Source of the DNA: a virus
Taxonomy: Duplodnaviria > Caudoviricetes
IMG/VR virus record: IMGVR_UViG_3300033067_000676
Coordinates: 1 to 28,533 of that record
Direction: 5' to 3' (one strand)
DNA: 28,533 nucleotides
Positions 17,446 through 25,769 of the stretch are shown piece by piece. Under the pieces are notes generated by a model. The model was not told the DNA's origin. It ran no database searches and worked only from the letters and a program-made list of their open reading frames with translations. How positions within the stretch are numbered: position 1 is the stretch's first letter; each line of letters opens with the position of its first letter. The translations under genes were made by a program, and so were the position numbers.

Positions 17446-19170
17446 ATGCCTAATAATTTCACTTTACCTCAAATAAACCCAGTTAAATTCTATCATCAAG
17501 CCGATGTATTGAATACGGGCGCATACACCCAAACTGCCTATAATTCATTTAACCCAAATATCAATGAGAGAGGTATTGATAGTGACTTTTTTAGTAGGAA
17601 TTTAAAATCGTGGATGGACAATAGTAGCTACTTACAACCCTATCAGCAAGGGGATAAACTTACTTTGCAATGGCTTGGCGTGGCAAACTATGCAGGTCCT
17701 ACAGTCGTTAATTACGTTGTTAGAATAATTGATGGGGATGGAGTAATCGTTAAGCAACAAGATGCCACAGTAGGTGCAGAAGTACCAGCAACATCAGGAA
17801 TTTATATCAGGGAGTGTATTATGCAATTGTACGACATTCCAGAGGGTATTTATTGTGTTCAAATTCATAAGGTGGGGTTATTTACGGATAAAGATTTTTT
17901 TCTGATCAGCGAACCGATCGAAGTAAAGCAACATCACCCAAATACAATGTTGTTCAAATATAGCCATACGGAAAATGCCTATGGTATATTCTGGGAAACC
18001 GATATCGTATTTCAAAAAAGGATGCACAGCGCATTTACAGAGCTTCAAGCAAGTAGTAAGTTCAATGTGTATGAGGACCAACCACTAAACCTGACATTAT
18101 TATCAGGGGTTAAATATCGTGAATTGCAATTATCATTTGGCGTTGACAATAACCCAATGCCTGAGTATCAACTTGATAATATCGAAGAGGTATTGCTATG
18201 CGATACGCTATATATTGATAATGTACTATACACCCGAGCTGAGGGTAGTAAAATGGAAATTGGCAGGGTAGATAAAAATCCATTGTGTACTGGAAATATT
18301 ACTGTGCGACCAAAAGAAAATGATGTTGATTTAATCGTTAGTCAGTACCCTGCAATTTTAGTCATGGCAGAAGATACCAACGATTGGTTTTTTGTTGAAT
18401 CTTTAGTACAAACAACGCCAGCAACTACATACATCATTCGCAAGGCTTTTAACGGTATGCGAAACTTTTGCGACTATCTCAATACTTCTAACATCATAGG
18501 CACAGAATCCTTACAAGGCACCTATTTTGCACTCGACAACGCCAATAATATTGTATTAATTACAAACGATTCTACAAAGTATGCTTTATTTTCTCCTGGA
18601 CTCATAACGGGAACGATTTTAAGCGCACACTTACTACTTGAATTAAACACACACAACGGATTTGATTTAGTGATTAATTATGTCAATGGCACCACTGCCA
18701 AATATGCATTTATCTATGGGGATGGAAGCGCAGTTGCACAAGGTACCGGCACAGCTGTTACTGTAACTAAAACATACGCCACAAAGGGAACGTTTTTAGC
18801 AAAACTATTCTTTGCCAATGCAACAGAGATTTATTTTAATGGCACAGACTGTAGCATCCAAACAATTGAGGGCAAGTTAACCACTACATGTGAAAAGTTT
18901 TATTTATCCGCAAATGATCTACGATTTGTGAAAAATAATCTATTCAGCAATTGTGATGGGTCACTTGTTGAGGTATTACTATATGGCAACATTTTAAATA
19001 AACATGCTCAAAATGATGTGATAAGATTTGCATACAATGAAATTGATAAACTTGATCCTGCATGTGTTATTGACATGACCGCCCAAACACCAAGTGCATC
19101 ACCAAGTACCGATGTAGGCATTTACACCACAGCATTACTAACTCAAGGAATCACAATTTTAACCGACTAA
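17446..19170 (+). CDS. tail structural protein with C-terminal PKD-like and LRR-like segments
   Basis: 574 aa; YLQPYQQGD N-terminal motif; FIYGDGS...TKTYATKGTF (PKD-like); LSANDL and LLYGNIL (LRR-like). Confidence 0.65.
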   Translation: MPNNFTLPQINPVKFYHQADVLNTGAYTQTAYNSFNPNINERGIDSDFFSRNLKSWMDNSSYLQPYQQGDKLTLQWLGVANYAGPTVVNYVVRIIDGDGVIVKQQDATVGAEVPATSGIYIRECIMQLYDIPEGIYCVQIHKVGLFTDKDFFLISEPIEVKQHHPNTMLFKYSHTENAYGIFWETDIVFQKRMHSAFTELQASSKFNVYEDQPLNLTLLSGVKYRELQLSFGVDNNPMPEYQLDNIEEVLLCDTLYIDNVLYTRAEGSKMEIGRVDKNPLCTGNITVRPKENDVDLIVSQYPAILVMAEDTNDWFFVESLVQTTPATTYIIRKAFNGMRNFCDYLNTSNIIGTESLQGTYFALDNANNIVLITNDSTKYALFSPGLITGTILSAHLLLELNTHNGFDLVINYVNGTTAKYAFIYGDGSAVAQGTGTAVTVTKTYATKGTFLAKLFFANATEIYFNGTDCSIQTIEGKLTTTCEKFYLSANDLRFVKNNLFSNCDGSLVEVLLYGNILNKHAQNDVIRFAYNEIDKLDPACVIDMTAQTPSASPSTDVGIYTTALLTQGITILTD

Positions 19171-19172
19171 TA

Positions 19173-19757
19173 ATGATAATTGAATTAACGATAGATAGTG
19201 AGGTTTTTCAAATTGATACATCGATTATCAATTATGGCTACAATGACGGTGGGTTAAAATTGGCATTGAGTAGTGTAGGATTAACTTATAATCCAAGTGC
19301 AGAAATATTTGAAAATAATAATGTCACTGATGTGACACTACCAACCTATGCAGACTTTGTAATTGCCACAAGTAATTACTTCTTAGAATTGGCATCTACA
19401 GCATGGACTGTTATCAATGTCAATTTATCAAAGATTCAAAGATTAGTTGCAATTGATAGTAGTAATACTACCATTTACTTTAGCAAGTATAGCGCGGTTG
19501 ATGTCAATGTGGGAATGGCTGCGATTATCACAGCTATAAATGGGGCATTAAATATCAACCATGCAGACGAAGATATTGTAAGCGATGGGAGTGGTGTAAT
19601 AACGCTATCAAACAATTACATCAGTGGGTCATGGAAGGTGTTTTTGCGCGGTGCATTAGTTCAAAAGGCATCAGTAGTAGAAACGGGCGCTGATGAGTTG
19701 ACAATATCAGTATTCACAAGATCAGGGGATTTTATAAACGTACAATATGATTATTAA
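19173..19757 (+). CDS. hypothetical tail-associated protein
   Basis: 194 aa, acidic and beta-rich; C-terminal GSWKVFLRG...GDFINVQYDY resembles small beta-sandwich fibre/baseplate domains. Confidence 0.65.
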   Translation: MIIELTIDSEVFQIDTSIINYGYNDGGLKLALSSVGLTYNPSAEIFENNNVTDVTLPTYADFVIATSNYFLELASTAWTVINVNLSKIQRLVAIDSSNTTIYFSKYSAVDVNVGMAAIITAINGALNINHADEDIVSDGSGVITLSNNYISGSWKVFLRGALVQKASVVETGADELTISVFTRSGDFINVQYDY

Positions 19758-19761
19758 AAAA

Positions 19762-21609
19762 ATGAAAAAACTATTATTACTTATTTGCCTATTACCAATG
19801 GCATCAATGGCACAGACTAACACTTATGTTATAACACAAACGGGTCAGGCTGAATTTGACACAGCGAGGGTATTTAAACTTGATTCACTTACAAAGTATG
19901 TGACCCCATCGCAACTATCTGACAGTCTTGCAACGGTTGGTACTGATACTAACGCCCTAAAGACTAACACCCCGCTAAGTACTACACTTGATACGGTGCA
20001 ACGGAATGGGATAAATTCGGCGTTGAGTGTGAGTACTAATGCGATAAGTGTTAATGGGAATATAGGTACTACAAATAATGGAAGTATTTCAGTTGGTGGG
20101 ACTGGTAATATATATACAACAAATGGGAATATTTTCACAAGTGGAGTAGGAAATATTTTCACAAATGGTACAGGTGATTTTTACACTACAGACGGGAATA
20201 TCTCAGTGGGAGGTGCGTCAAAACGTTTCAACGGCTCGTATTTAACTGCTTCGACATTGTTAATATCTGACGCAGGTAAAAACATAATATCAGCACCCGT
20301 TTCAAATTATCCATCCCTTACCGAATTGACATACTTAAAAGGGGTTACATCGGCTATTCAGACGCAAATAAATGCAAAAGCACCTTTAGCAAACCCTACA
20401 TTTACGGGAACGGTTACAATACCAACTCCCTTCACATTAGGCGCAACATCGGTAACATCAACGGGAACGCAACTTAACTACCTTAGTAGCGCAACGGGTA
20501 CAACGGGAACGACATCAACAAATTTAGTATTTAGCACCTCACCTACCTTAGTAACGCCAAATTTAGGCACTCCTTCAACATTGGTAGGTACAAATATAAC
20601 GGGTACAGCATCAGGACTTACAGCAGGTAACGTAACGACCAATGCGAATTTAACGGGCCCGATCACATCAGTAGGTAATGCAACCTCAATAGCAAGTCAA
20701 ACAGGTACAGGAACTAAATTCGTTGTTGATAATACACCCACTTTAATCACTCCGATATTGGGCGTTGCATCAGCTACATCACTCAATACGGGTACAACAC
20801 TTAACGGAACGATATTTGCCAAATCAGCAAATGTATTATCATTATCATCTACTAATCATGCACTAACAGCAGGTAATGAATCAACGGGGTTAAATCTTGC
20901 ATTAGGGTTATATTCAACATCATTAGCAATACAAGCAAGAAATAACGGGTCAGCATCAAATATCTTCTACAATCCATTAGGCGGTACAGTTCAAGTTGGT
21001 GACGGGTCGGTGACGGGTCAGCGTTTGTTTTCTGTTATCAATACGGGGTCGGGCACGGGTGATTGGTCAAGTATTGAAGTTCGTAACGCCGCCGCCTCAA
21101 CCGATGCGATTAGAATGTATTGCTTAGGGACGGGGTTCACTACATCTGGCACAAACGTACAAGATGCAGGGGTACTAACTACGGGTACAAACATAAGCGG
21201 AGGTATGTCAATAGGTACACAAGCAAGTGCAGATTTAAGGTTTTATACTAACAATACCCTTAGAACTACAATAGATGCAAATGGATATACAAATATGACA
21301 AATAGGCTTGCTACAGCCTACGCAACGGTGGCATCAGCTAATAACCTTACACTAACTACCGGTAATGTTTTCAGCATTACAGGTACAACTCAAATAACAG
21401 CTATCACCAATACCAATTGGCAAGCAGGTAGCCAAATAATACTAATTTTTGCAGGGGTATTAACGGTTAAAAACAATACTGCAGGCGGTGCAGGTACTTC
21501 ACCATTACTACTTGCAGGTGGGGTTGATTTTGCCACGACTGCAAATGATGTATTAAAATTAGTGTATAACGGTACTAACTGGATAGAAGTTTCACGATCA
21601 ATAAACTAA
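19762..21609 (+). CDS. tail-fibre/adhesin-like protein with an N-terminal Sec signal peptide
   Basis: Start moved to ATG 19762, after the upstream stop at 19757. MKKLLLLICLLPMASMA|Q; GNIYTTNGNIFT repeats; ELTYLKGVTSAIQTQINAKAPLANPTFTGTVT fibre motif; LRFYTNNTLRTTIDANG; C-terminal LVYNGTNWIEVSR. Confidence 0.8.
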   Translation: MKKLLLLICLLPMASMAQTNTYVITQTGQAEFDTARVFKLDSLTKYVTPSQLSDSLATVGTDTNALKTNTPLSTTLDTVQRNGINSALSVSTNAISVNGNIGTTNNGSISVGGTGNIYTTNGNIFTSGVGNIFTNGTGDFYTTDGNISVGGASKRFNGSYLTASTLLISDAGKNIISAPVSNYPSLTELTYLKGVTSAIQTQINAKAPLANPTFTGTVTIPTPFTLGATSVTSTGTQLNYLSSATGTTGTTSTNLVFSTSPTLVTPNLGTPSTLVGTNITGTASGLTAGNVTTNANLTGPITSVGNATSIASQTGTGTKFVVDNTPTLITPILGVASATSLNTGTTLNGTIFAKSANVLSLSSTNHALTAGNESTGLNLALGLYSTSLAIQARNNGSASNIFYNPLGGTVQVGDGSVTGQRLFSVINTGSGTGDWSSIEVRNAAASTDAIRMYCLGTGFTTSGTNVQDAGVLTTGTNISGGMSIGTQASADLRFYTNNTLRTTIDANGYTNMTNRLATAYATVASANNLTLTTGNVFSITGTTQITAITNTNWQAGSQIILIFAGVLTVKNNTAGGAGTSPLLLAGGVDFATTANDVLKLVYNGTNWIEVSRSIN

Positions 21610-21611
21610 AT

Positions 21612-22211
21612 ATGAAAACACTGCTACTAATCCTCTTTCCATTCTTGTCATTCGGTCAATATATTACGACATGGAACGACTTGCAAGCGATGAAACAAGC
21701 GAACCAATTAACGCCCGGTCAGGTATATCTAATGACTGATTTAGGTAAATTGGAAATAATGGCCAAAAGTACAAACGCCTTTCATGAAGTGCCATATAGA
21801 CGTTCACGCTATGCCCTTGATTATGATGAGGAGTTATTTGATTTTGATAATAAGATTATAACGGGCATTGACAACGTTGCAGGGGTCGCAAGGTGTAGCA
21901 ATAGTGTATGGTCATTGTTAAATGATGCAGGGCATAAACCTTATAAATTAAGCCATTGCAGTAATAACCTTATGGTTTATTATGCTAAAACTTATGATAA
22001 AGTCATAAGTGCATCAACGGTACTTGATGAAACTTACTCAGGATCACAATTAAACATTACTTGTGGAGCTTCAGTTGGACTATCTTATATTACTGTGTAT
22101 TTGCATAAGAATGTAAATGGTGTGAAAACTCAAATGACATTACAAGAAGCATCTATTGCAGGTGCTAACATATTTATATTTTCTAAACTTTTAAAATTTA
22201 TTCAGCTATGA
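21612..22211 (+). CDS. signal-peptide protein with a tail-spike-like C-terminal region
   Basis: MKTLLLILFPFLSFG|Q; AGVAR...WSLLNDAGHKP...DETY...GASVGL pattern that I recall from phage tail proteins. Confidence 0.7.
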   Translation: MKTLLLILFPFLSFGQYITTWNDLQAMKQANQLTPGQVYLMTDLGKLEIMAKSTNAFHEVPYRRSRYALDYDEELFDFDNKIITGIDNVAGVARCSNSVWSLLNDAGHKPYKLSHCSNNLMVYYAKTYDKVISASTVLDETYSGSQLNITCGASVGLSYITVYLHKNVNGVKTQMTLQEASIAGANIFIFSKLLKFIQL

Positions 22212-22540
22212 ACGAGATGATTCTCACAGAACTTTTAAAACTATCAGTACCCACAGCATTATTAGGATGGATCTCTTATACTTTATGGAAGCGATTTGAT
22301 GCCAGGGTAAAACAGAACGAGCAGGAATTGAGAGAATTAAGAACGAGATATGACAATGAAATATTTAATACACGTGGAGAGCTGAAAGAAATATTGCATG
22401 AAAATACAGCTATCATGTCTGATATAAAGGTGCAAATGAGAAATAGCAATGCCATTATGGACCAAACTAAAACGGTCATGAAATGCCTTGTTGAGGAAAT
22501 TAAACACATCAAACCACAATTTTTAACCCCTAAAAAATAA
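22208..22540 (+). CDS. holin/antiholin-like protein (one TM plus coiled coil)
   Basis: N-terminal hydrophobic helix LSVPTALLGWISYTLW followed by a coiled coil; first gene of the lysis cassette. Confidence 0.55.
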   Translation: MNEMILTELLKLSVPTALLGWISYTLWKRFDARVKQNEQELRELRTRYDNEIFNTRGELKEILHENTAIMSDIKVQMRNSNAIMDQTKTVMKCLVEEIKHIKPQFLTPKK

Positions 22541-22545
22541 ACACA

Positions 22546-22797
22546 ATGGGAAAAACAACTATCTCACTCCAGAACAAAAACGTTCCTGCGCCTCGTTGGT
22601 TCAGAAGATTAAAGGACGTGCTTACAATTCTATTTGATGCAAGTATCGTTATAGCTTTCCTATACGGATTTACTGAAAATAGTAAAGAAATATTGATTGC
22701 TCGTATCGCATACTCTGCAATTATGAACAGCCTTGACAAATTACTTGCCAATGGTGAAGTATATGCACCCTCTGAAATATCTATGGGTAAAAAATAA
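22546..22797 (+). CDS. putative holin
   Basis: 83 aa; PAPRWFRRLK followed by a hydrophobic helix and a second amphipathic helix; upstream of the endolysin. Confidence 0.55.
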   Translation: MGKTTISLQNKNVPAPRWFRRLKDVLTILFDASIVIAFLYGFTENSKEILIARIAYSAIMNSLDKLLANGEVYAPSEISMGKK

Positions 22798-22847
22798 GTT
22801 TTACAATTTATACAAATAATATACATTTTATAAATTATCTTTGATTT

Positions 22848-23117
22848 ATGAACATGTACTCCTCCCTCGAATCTGAATTTAGTAAACCCATGCAAAACGT
22901 TGGGCTGGACTTTAAAAATGAATACACAAACGCATTAGTTTCATTTGAATCTTTTAACCTCGATAGGGATGAAAAGTACGAAGCTATTAGGGGCGTATTA
23001 CAAAAGATTTTAGACGATTATAGTGCCACAAAGCCAACTACTAAGGGCGGTCGTGTAGCCAGAGTAATTGCCAAAATCCTATCTTTTATCATACCATATT
23101 TTAAAGCTAAAAAATAA
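22848..23117 (+). CDS. hypothetical protein in the lysis cassette
   Basis: 89 aa with a basic amphipathic C-terminus (RVARVIAKILSFIIPYFKAKK); TATCTTTG box at 22836-22843 just upstream. Confidence 0.65.
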   Translation: MNMYSSLESEFSKPMQNVGLDFKNEYTNALVSFESFNLDRDEKYEAIRGVLQKILDDYSATKPTTKGGRVARVIAKILSFIIPYFKAKK

Positions 23118-23170
23118 CTCATGACAATACTACAATACTTAATAATTGACTGCATAATAAATTCAAAAAA

Positions 23171-23842
23171 ATGAAAGCAAAAATAACCTCATTAGGATTA
23201 AATCTAAGACAGCAACCGACAACAGAAAGTAAAGTAGTAACCATTCTTAAAAAGTCATGGGTACTTGACGTAATTGGACCCGATGTGAACGGTTGGACTA
23301 AAGTTCAATATGGCATTTATTCGGGATTTGTATCATCTAGGTTTATCGAGTTAATTCCTGATGTTGTACCACATACTTTGACACTTGCTGAAAGGGCGTT
23401 AAACGTTGCAGTGTATCAACTTGGCAATGCTGAAATACCTCATGGCAGTAATTGGGGTAAGCATGTTGAGAAGTATTTAAAATCAGTTGGTATAACTTTT
23501 CCTGCGTTTTGGTGCGCTGCATTTGTATATTGGTGTGTAAATGAAGCATGTAAAGAAATGGATCTAAATAACCCATTGAAGAGAACAGGCGGTGTCATGG
23601 CTCAATGGGTAGCATCGAAACATTTAAGAGTTGATAAGCCAATGAAGGGTGATATTTTTATAATGGATTTTGGCGGCGGTAAGGGTCATACTGGATTCGT
23701 TACAAGCGTTGTAGGTGATAGGATTCAAACGGTAGAGGGTAATGCTGCTCCCGAGCATGGCGGTAGAGAGGGAATAGAAGTTTGTAGAAAACAAAGAAAA
23801 ATATCAGCCTGCAAAGGATTTTTAAGGTTGGTGAATAATTAA
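23171..23842 (+). CDS. endolysin, SH3b plus CHAP amidase/peptidase
   Basis: LNLRQQP...GWTKV...GFVSSRFI (SH3b); FWCAAFVYW (catalytic Cys), GHTGFV (His), TVEGN (CHAP). Confidence 0.9.
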   Translation: MKAKITSLGLNLRQQPTTESKVVTILKKSWVLDVIGPDVNGWTKVQYGIYSGFVSSRFIELIPDVVPHTLTLAERALNVAVYQLGNAEIPHGSNWGKHVEKYLKSVGITFPAFWCAAFVYWCVNEACKEMDLNNPLKRTGGVMAQWVASKHLRVDKPMKGDIFIMDFGGGKGHTGFVTSVVGDRIQTVEGNAAPEHGGREGIEVCRKQRKISACKGFLRLVNN

Positions 23843-23847
23843 TTTAG

Positions 23848-23855
23848 TATATTTG
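23848..23855 (+). promoter_or_regulatory. -7 box upstream of a short non-coding unit
   Basis: TATATTTG(CA) 5 nt after the endolysin stop; GTTG at 23827-23830. Confidence 0.5.
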
Positions 23856-23885
23856 CATCGTGATACGCGTTTCACTCCCAACATT

Positions 23886-23911
23886 AAGCCTACATATCGT
23901 AGGCTTTTTTT
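23886..23911 (+). terminator. intrinsic terminator ending the late/lysis transcript
   Basis: AAGCCTAC-ATATC-GTAGGCTT perfect stem; T run at 23905-23911. Confidence 0.9.
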
Positions 23912-24004
23912 ATTATTCACCGACAAATTTCGTTCATTCACCGCAAAAACATACTATTTTTTAAATAATTACAACAAAGATGATGTAAGTATCAAATGTA
24001 GAAC

Positions 24005-24012
24005 TATATTTG
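24005..24012 (+). promoter_or_regulatory. -7 box for the 24048/XRE cassette
   Basis: TATATTTG 35 nt upstream of ATG 24048; no clear -33 TTTG; TGAT-N6-ATCA inverted repeat at 23981-23994. Confidence 0.55.
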
Positions 24013-24047
24013 TGCAAGAATTAAAAAACAATTAAAAAATAAACATC

Positions 24048-24311
24048 ATGAACACTCAACAAAACAAAATCGAAAATCAAAACAAAGTAATCGCATTATT
24101 AGACAATTACGGAGCTGAATTTACTTCAAAAGGAATTGCAGTAAATTCTGAAATGGCATACGCTAAATCAAACGGTGGCGGTCAAATTATGTTAATAGTA
24201 TCTGCTGATGTGGATATGTCTGATGTATTGTATGGTGTAAATATAGAAGGTGTTAAATCTATTAAATGCACTCAAATGGGATTAGATGTAAATAGAGTAA
24301 TATTTAATTAA
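24048..24311 (+). CDS. hypothetical protein
   Basis: 87 aa, A-rich leader, own promoter box. Confidence 0.75.
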   Translation: MNTQQNKIENQNKVIALLDNYGAEFTSKGIAVNSEMAYAKSNGGGQIMLIVSADVDMSDVLYGVNIEGVKSIKCTQMGLDVNRVIFN

Positions 24312-24313
24312 TT

Positions 24314-24622
24314 ATGAACGAAAACAAATATAAACAAGCACGGTTAACACTGTGCTTGTTTTTAAAAACAGAAGCTGAGGCTAAAGGCATTACTCAGCAA
24401 CAAATCGCTGACAAATGCGGCTGGCATCAGCAGACAGTACAGCGAATGTTGTCGGGTAAATTTTCACCATCACTTGACAATTTTGTCAAATTAGCTGATG
24501 CGATAGGCGTTAATTTCTTCATGGAATCAAAAGATTCAAAGAGCGACAATAATAGGGAATTTGAAAAGGCTATGAGCGAGCTCGGTAGGCGTGAGATTAC
24601 GGATGCTGATAAATTGAATTAA
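24314..24622 (+). CDS. XRE/Cro-CI family HTH transcriptional regulator
   Basis: KGITQQQIADKCGWHQQTVQRMLSGKFSPSLDNFVKLADAIGV is a classic HTH_3 pattern. Confidence 0.9.
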   Translation: MNENKYKQARLTLCLFLKTEAEAKGITQQQIADKCGWHQQTVQRMLSGKFSPSLDNFVKLADAIGVNFFMESKDSKSDNNREFEKAMSELGRREITDADKLN

Positions 24623-24642
24623 AACACAGCTTCTCTAACAGC

Positions 24643-24726
24643 TTTGTTATCCACAGCCATGTTAATAACTTTGTTATTAAAAATGATAATTAAATTTGCA
24701 TAATTGATAATTTAGTTATTACTTTG
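24643..24726 (+). promoter_or_regulatory. early control region: stacked promoters, DnaA box, TGATAA repeats
   Basis: TTTG 24643, TAACTTTG 24666-73, TAAATTTG 24691-98, TTACTTTG 24719-26; TTATCCACA at 24647-55. Confidence 0.65.
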
Positions 24727-24762
24727 CACTATCAATAATGATAACAAATATAATAATTTAAA

Positions 24763-24975
24763 ATGATAAAACAATCAGTTATTTCTAAAATAAGACAAAG
24801 CAAAACATGTAAAGCGCGTTTACAGTTAGTTCTTGACAAGTCAGCACCAACTATACAAAGGTATTTAGACGATAATGATATAATGCTTACTACGTCAAAC
24901 GCATTGAACGTCATTAAAGCCGAATTAGGATTAAAAGAATCGCAAATTCTTGAACCTCAAACTGCTACAGCATAA
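24763..24975 (+). CDS. small Cro-like HTH protein
   Basis: 70 aa, basic; LQLVLDKSAPTIQRYL helix-turn-helix pattern; first gene after the early promoter. Confidence 0.7.
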   Translation: MIKQSVISKIRQSKTCKARLQLVLDKSAPTIQRYLDDNDIMLTTSNALNVIKAELGLKESQILEPQTATA

Positions 24976-25070
24976 TGAAAAAACTACTATTAAAAATATA
25001 CGCGTGGCTTGTTATACCAATTCAAAATAACACATATAAATCGCAAATTGTTAACTCAAAAATTCGCTAA
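24975..25070 (+). CDS. 31-aa hypothetical peptide
   Basis: MKKLLLKIYAWLVIPIQ...; TAATG-coupled to the upstream gene. Confidence 0.5.
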   Translation: MKKLLLKIYAWLVIPIQNNTYKSQIVNSKIR

Positions 25071-25073
25071 GAA

Positions 25074-25181
25074 ATGAGCCCACTTGAAAAAGAATATTTA
25101 AGACAAGCACGCACATGGACTTCTATTGTCATTGCGCTGGCAGTAATTGTAATCACCGTAACAACTCTTGCATTATGCTAA
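25074..25181 (+). CDS. 35-aa membrane peptide
   Basis: MSPLEKEYLRQARTWTSIVIALAVIVITVTTLALC*; fills the operon gap. Confidence 0.55.
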   Translation: MSPLEKEYLRQARTWTSIVIALAVIVITVTTLALC

Positions 25182-25232
25182 AACTACTCGAACTAATCGC
25201 TTCAATTTTAATCACATCAAACAAAAATTACC

Positions 25233-25493
25233 ATGCATCTAATGACTGATTTAGTAACCCCCGACACACACTACTTAGACATGTACACTGCATTTTGCAA
25301 TACTGTCACAAGAGCCAAAAACTATTGGGATTATATGATAGCTAAAAGACTTCAAGATAAAATTGAAAGCAGATTATACGAACTACACGATGCCGATAAA
25401 ATCACTGGCATTATAGCAATGCAGTATGTGGTGGAAATGGAACAGGCAAGCACACAACTATATCGTTCACTAAACAAAGTAAATTCTAACTAA
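25233..25493 (+). CDS. hypothetical protein
   Basis: 86-aa ORF, A-rich leader. Confidence 0.7.
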   Translation: MHLMTDLVTPDTHYLDMYTAFCNTVTRAKNYWDYMIAKRLQDKIESRLYELHDADKITGIIAMQYVVEMEQASTQLYRSLNKVNSN

Positions 25494-25702
25494 TGATAAC
25501 CGAAAAAGTAAAAAGCATCATCAACAGCTGTAAGACGCATCTACAGCTTGACACTTGCTCTCAATGGGTAGAGCACGTTTTCGACCACGAAAACCAAAAG
25601 GTGGCACATGCTATCATCCAGCAGAAACGAAACGAAATTGACAGGGTAAACAGCAAGTTCGCACCCGATCACATTAACCACGTGCAAAGTTTAGAACACT
25701 AA
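25493..25702 (+). CDS. hypothetical protein
   Basis: 69 aa, TAATG-coupled; IINSCKTHLQL motif. Confidence 0.7.
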   Translation: MITEKVKSIINSCKTHLQLDTCSQWVEHVFDHENQKVAHAIIQQKRNEIDRVNSKFAPDHINHVQSLEH

Positions 25703-25726
25703 AAAAGGGAGTGGCTAGCTCCCCTT
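25701..25726 (-). terminator. intrinsic terminator, better formed on the minus strand
   Basis: Minus strand reads AAGGGGAG-CTAGCCA-CTCCC-TTTTTT. Confidence 0.6.
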
Positions 25727-25769
25727 AATAAAAAATCATTCAATCATTTAATCACTAAAAAAAATATAT

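Noticed and set aside
17184-17453. + strand 89-aa ORF
   Set aside because: It is the shadow of the minus-strand lipoprotein, which has a clear lipobox and promoter.
20040-20210. Short GGAATAT-type repeats as a CRISPR array or DGR repeat
   Set aside because: They are degenerate, in frame and encode GNIxT fibre repeats. There are no constant repeat-spacer units and no reverse transcriptase in the window.
23853-24035. 60-aa TTG-start ORF
   Set aside because: It starts inside a promoter box and runs through a strong terminator.
2654-24332. Additional minus-strand TAnnTTTG boxes near gene starts (2654, 23178, 24325)
   Set aside because: The motif is expected often by chance in A-rich N-terminal codons, and I saw no paired minus-strand terminator.
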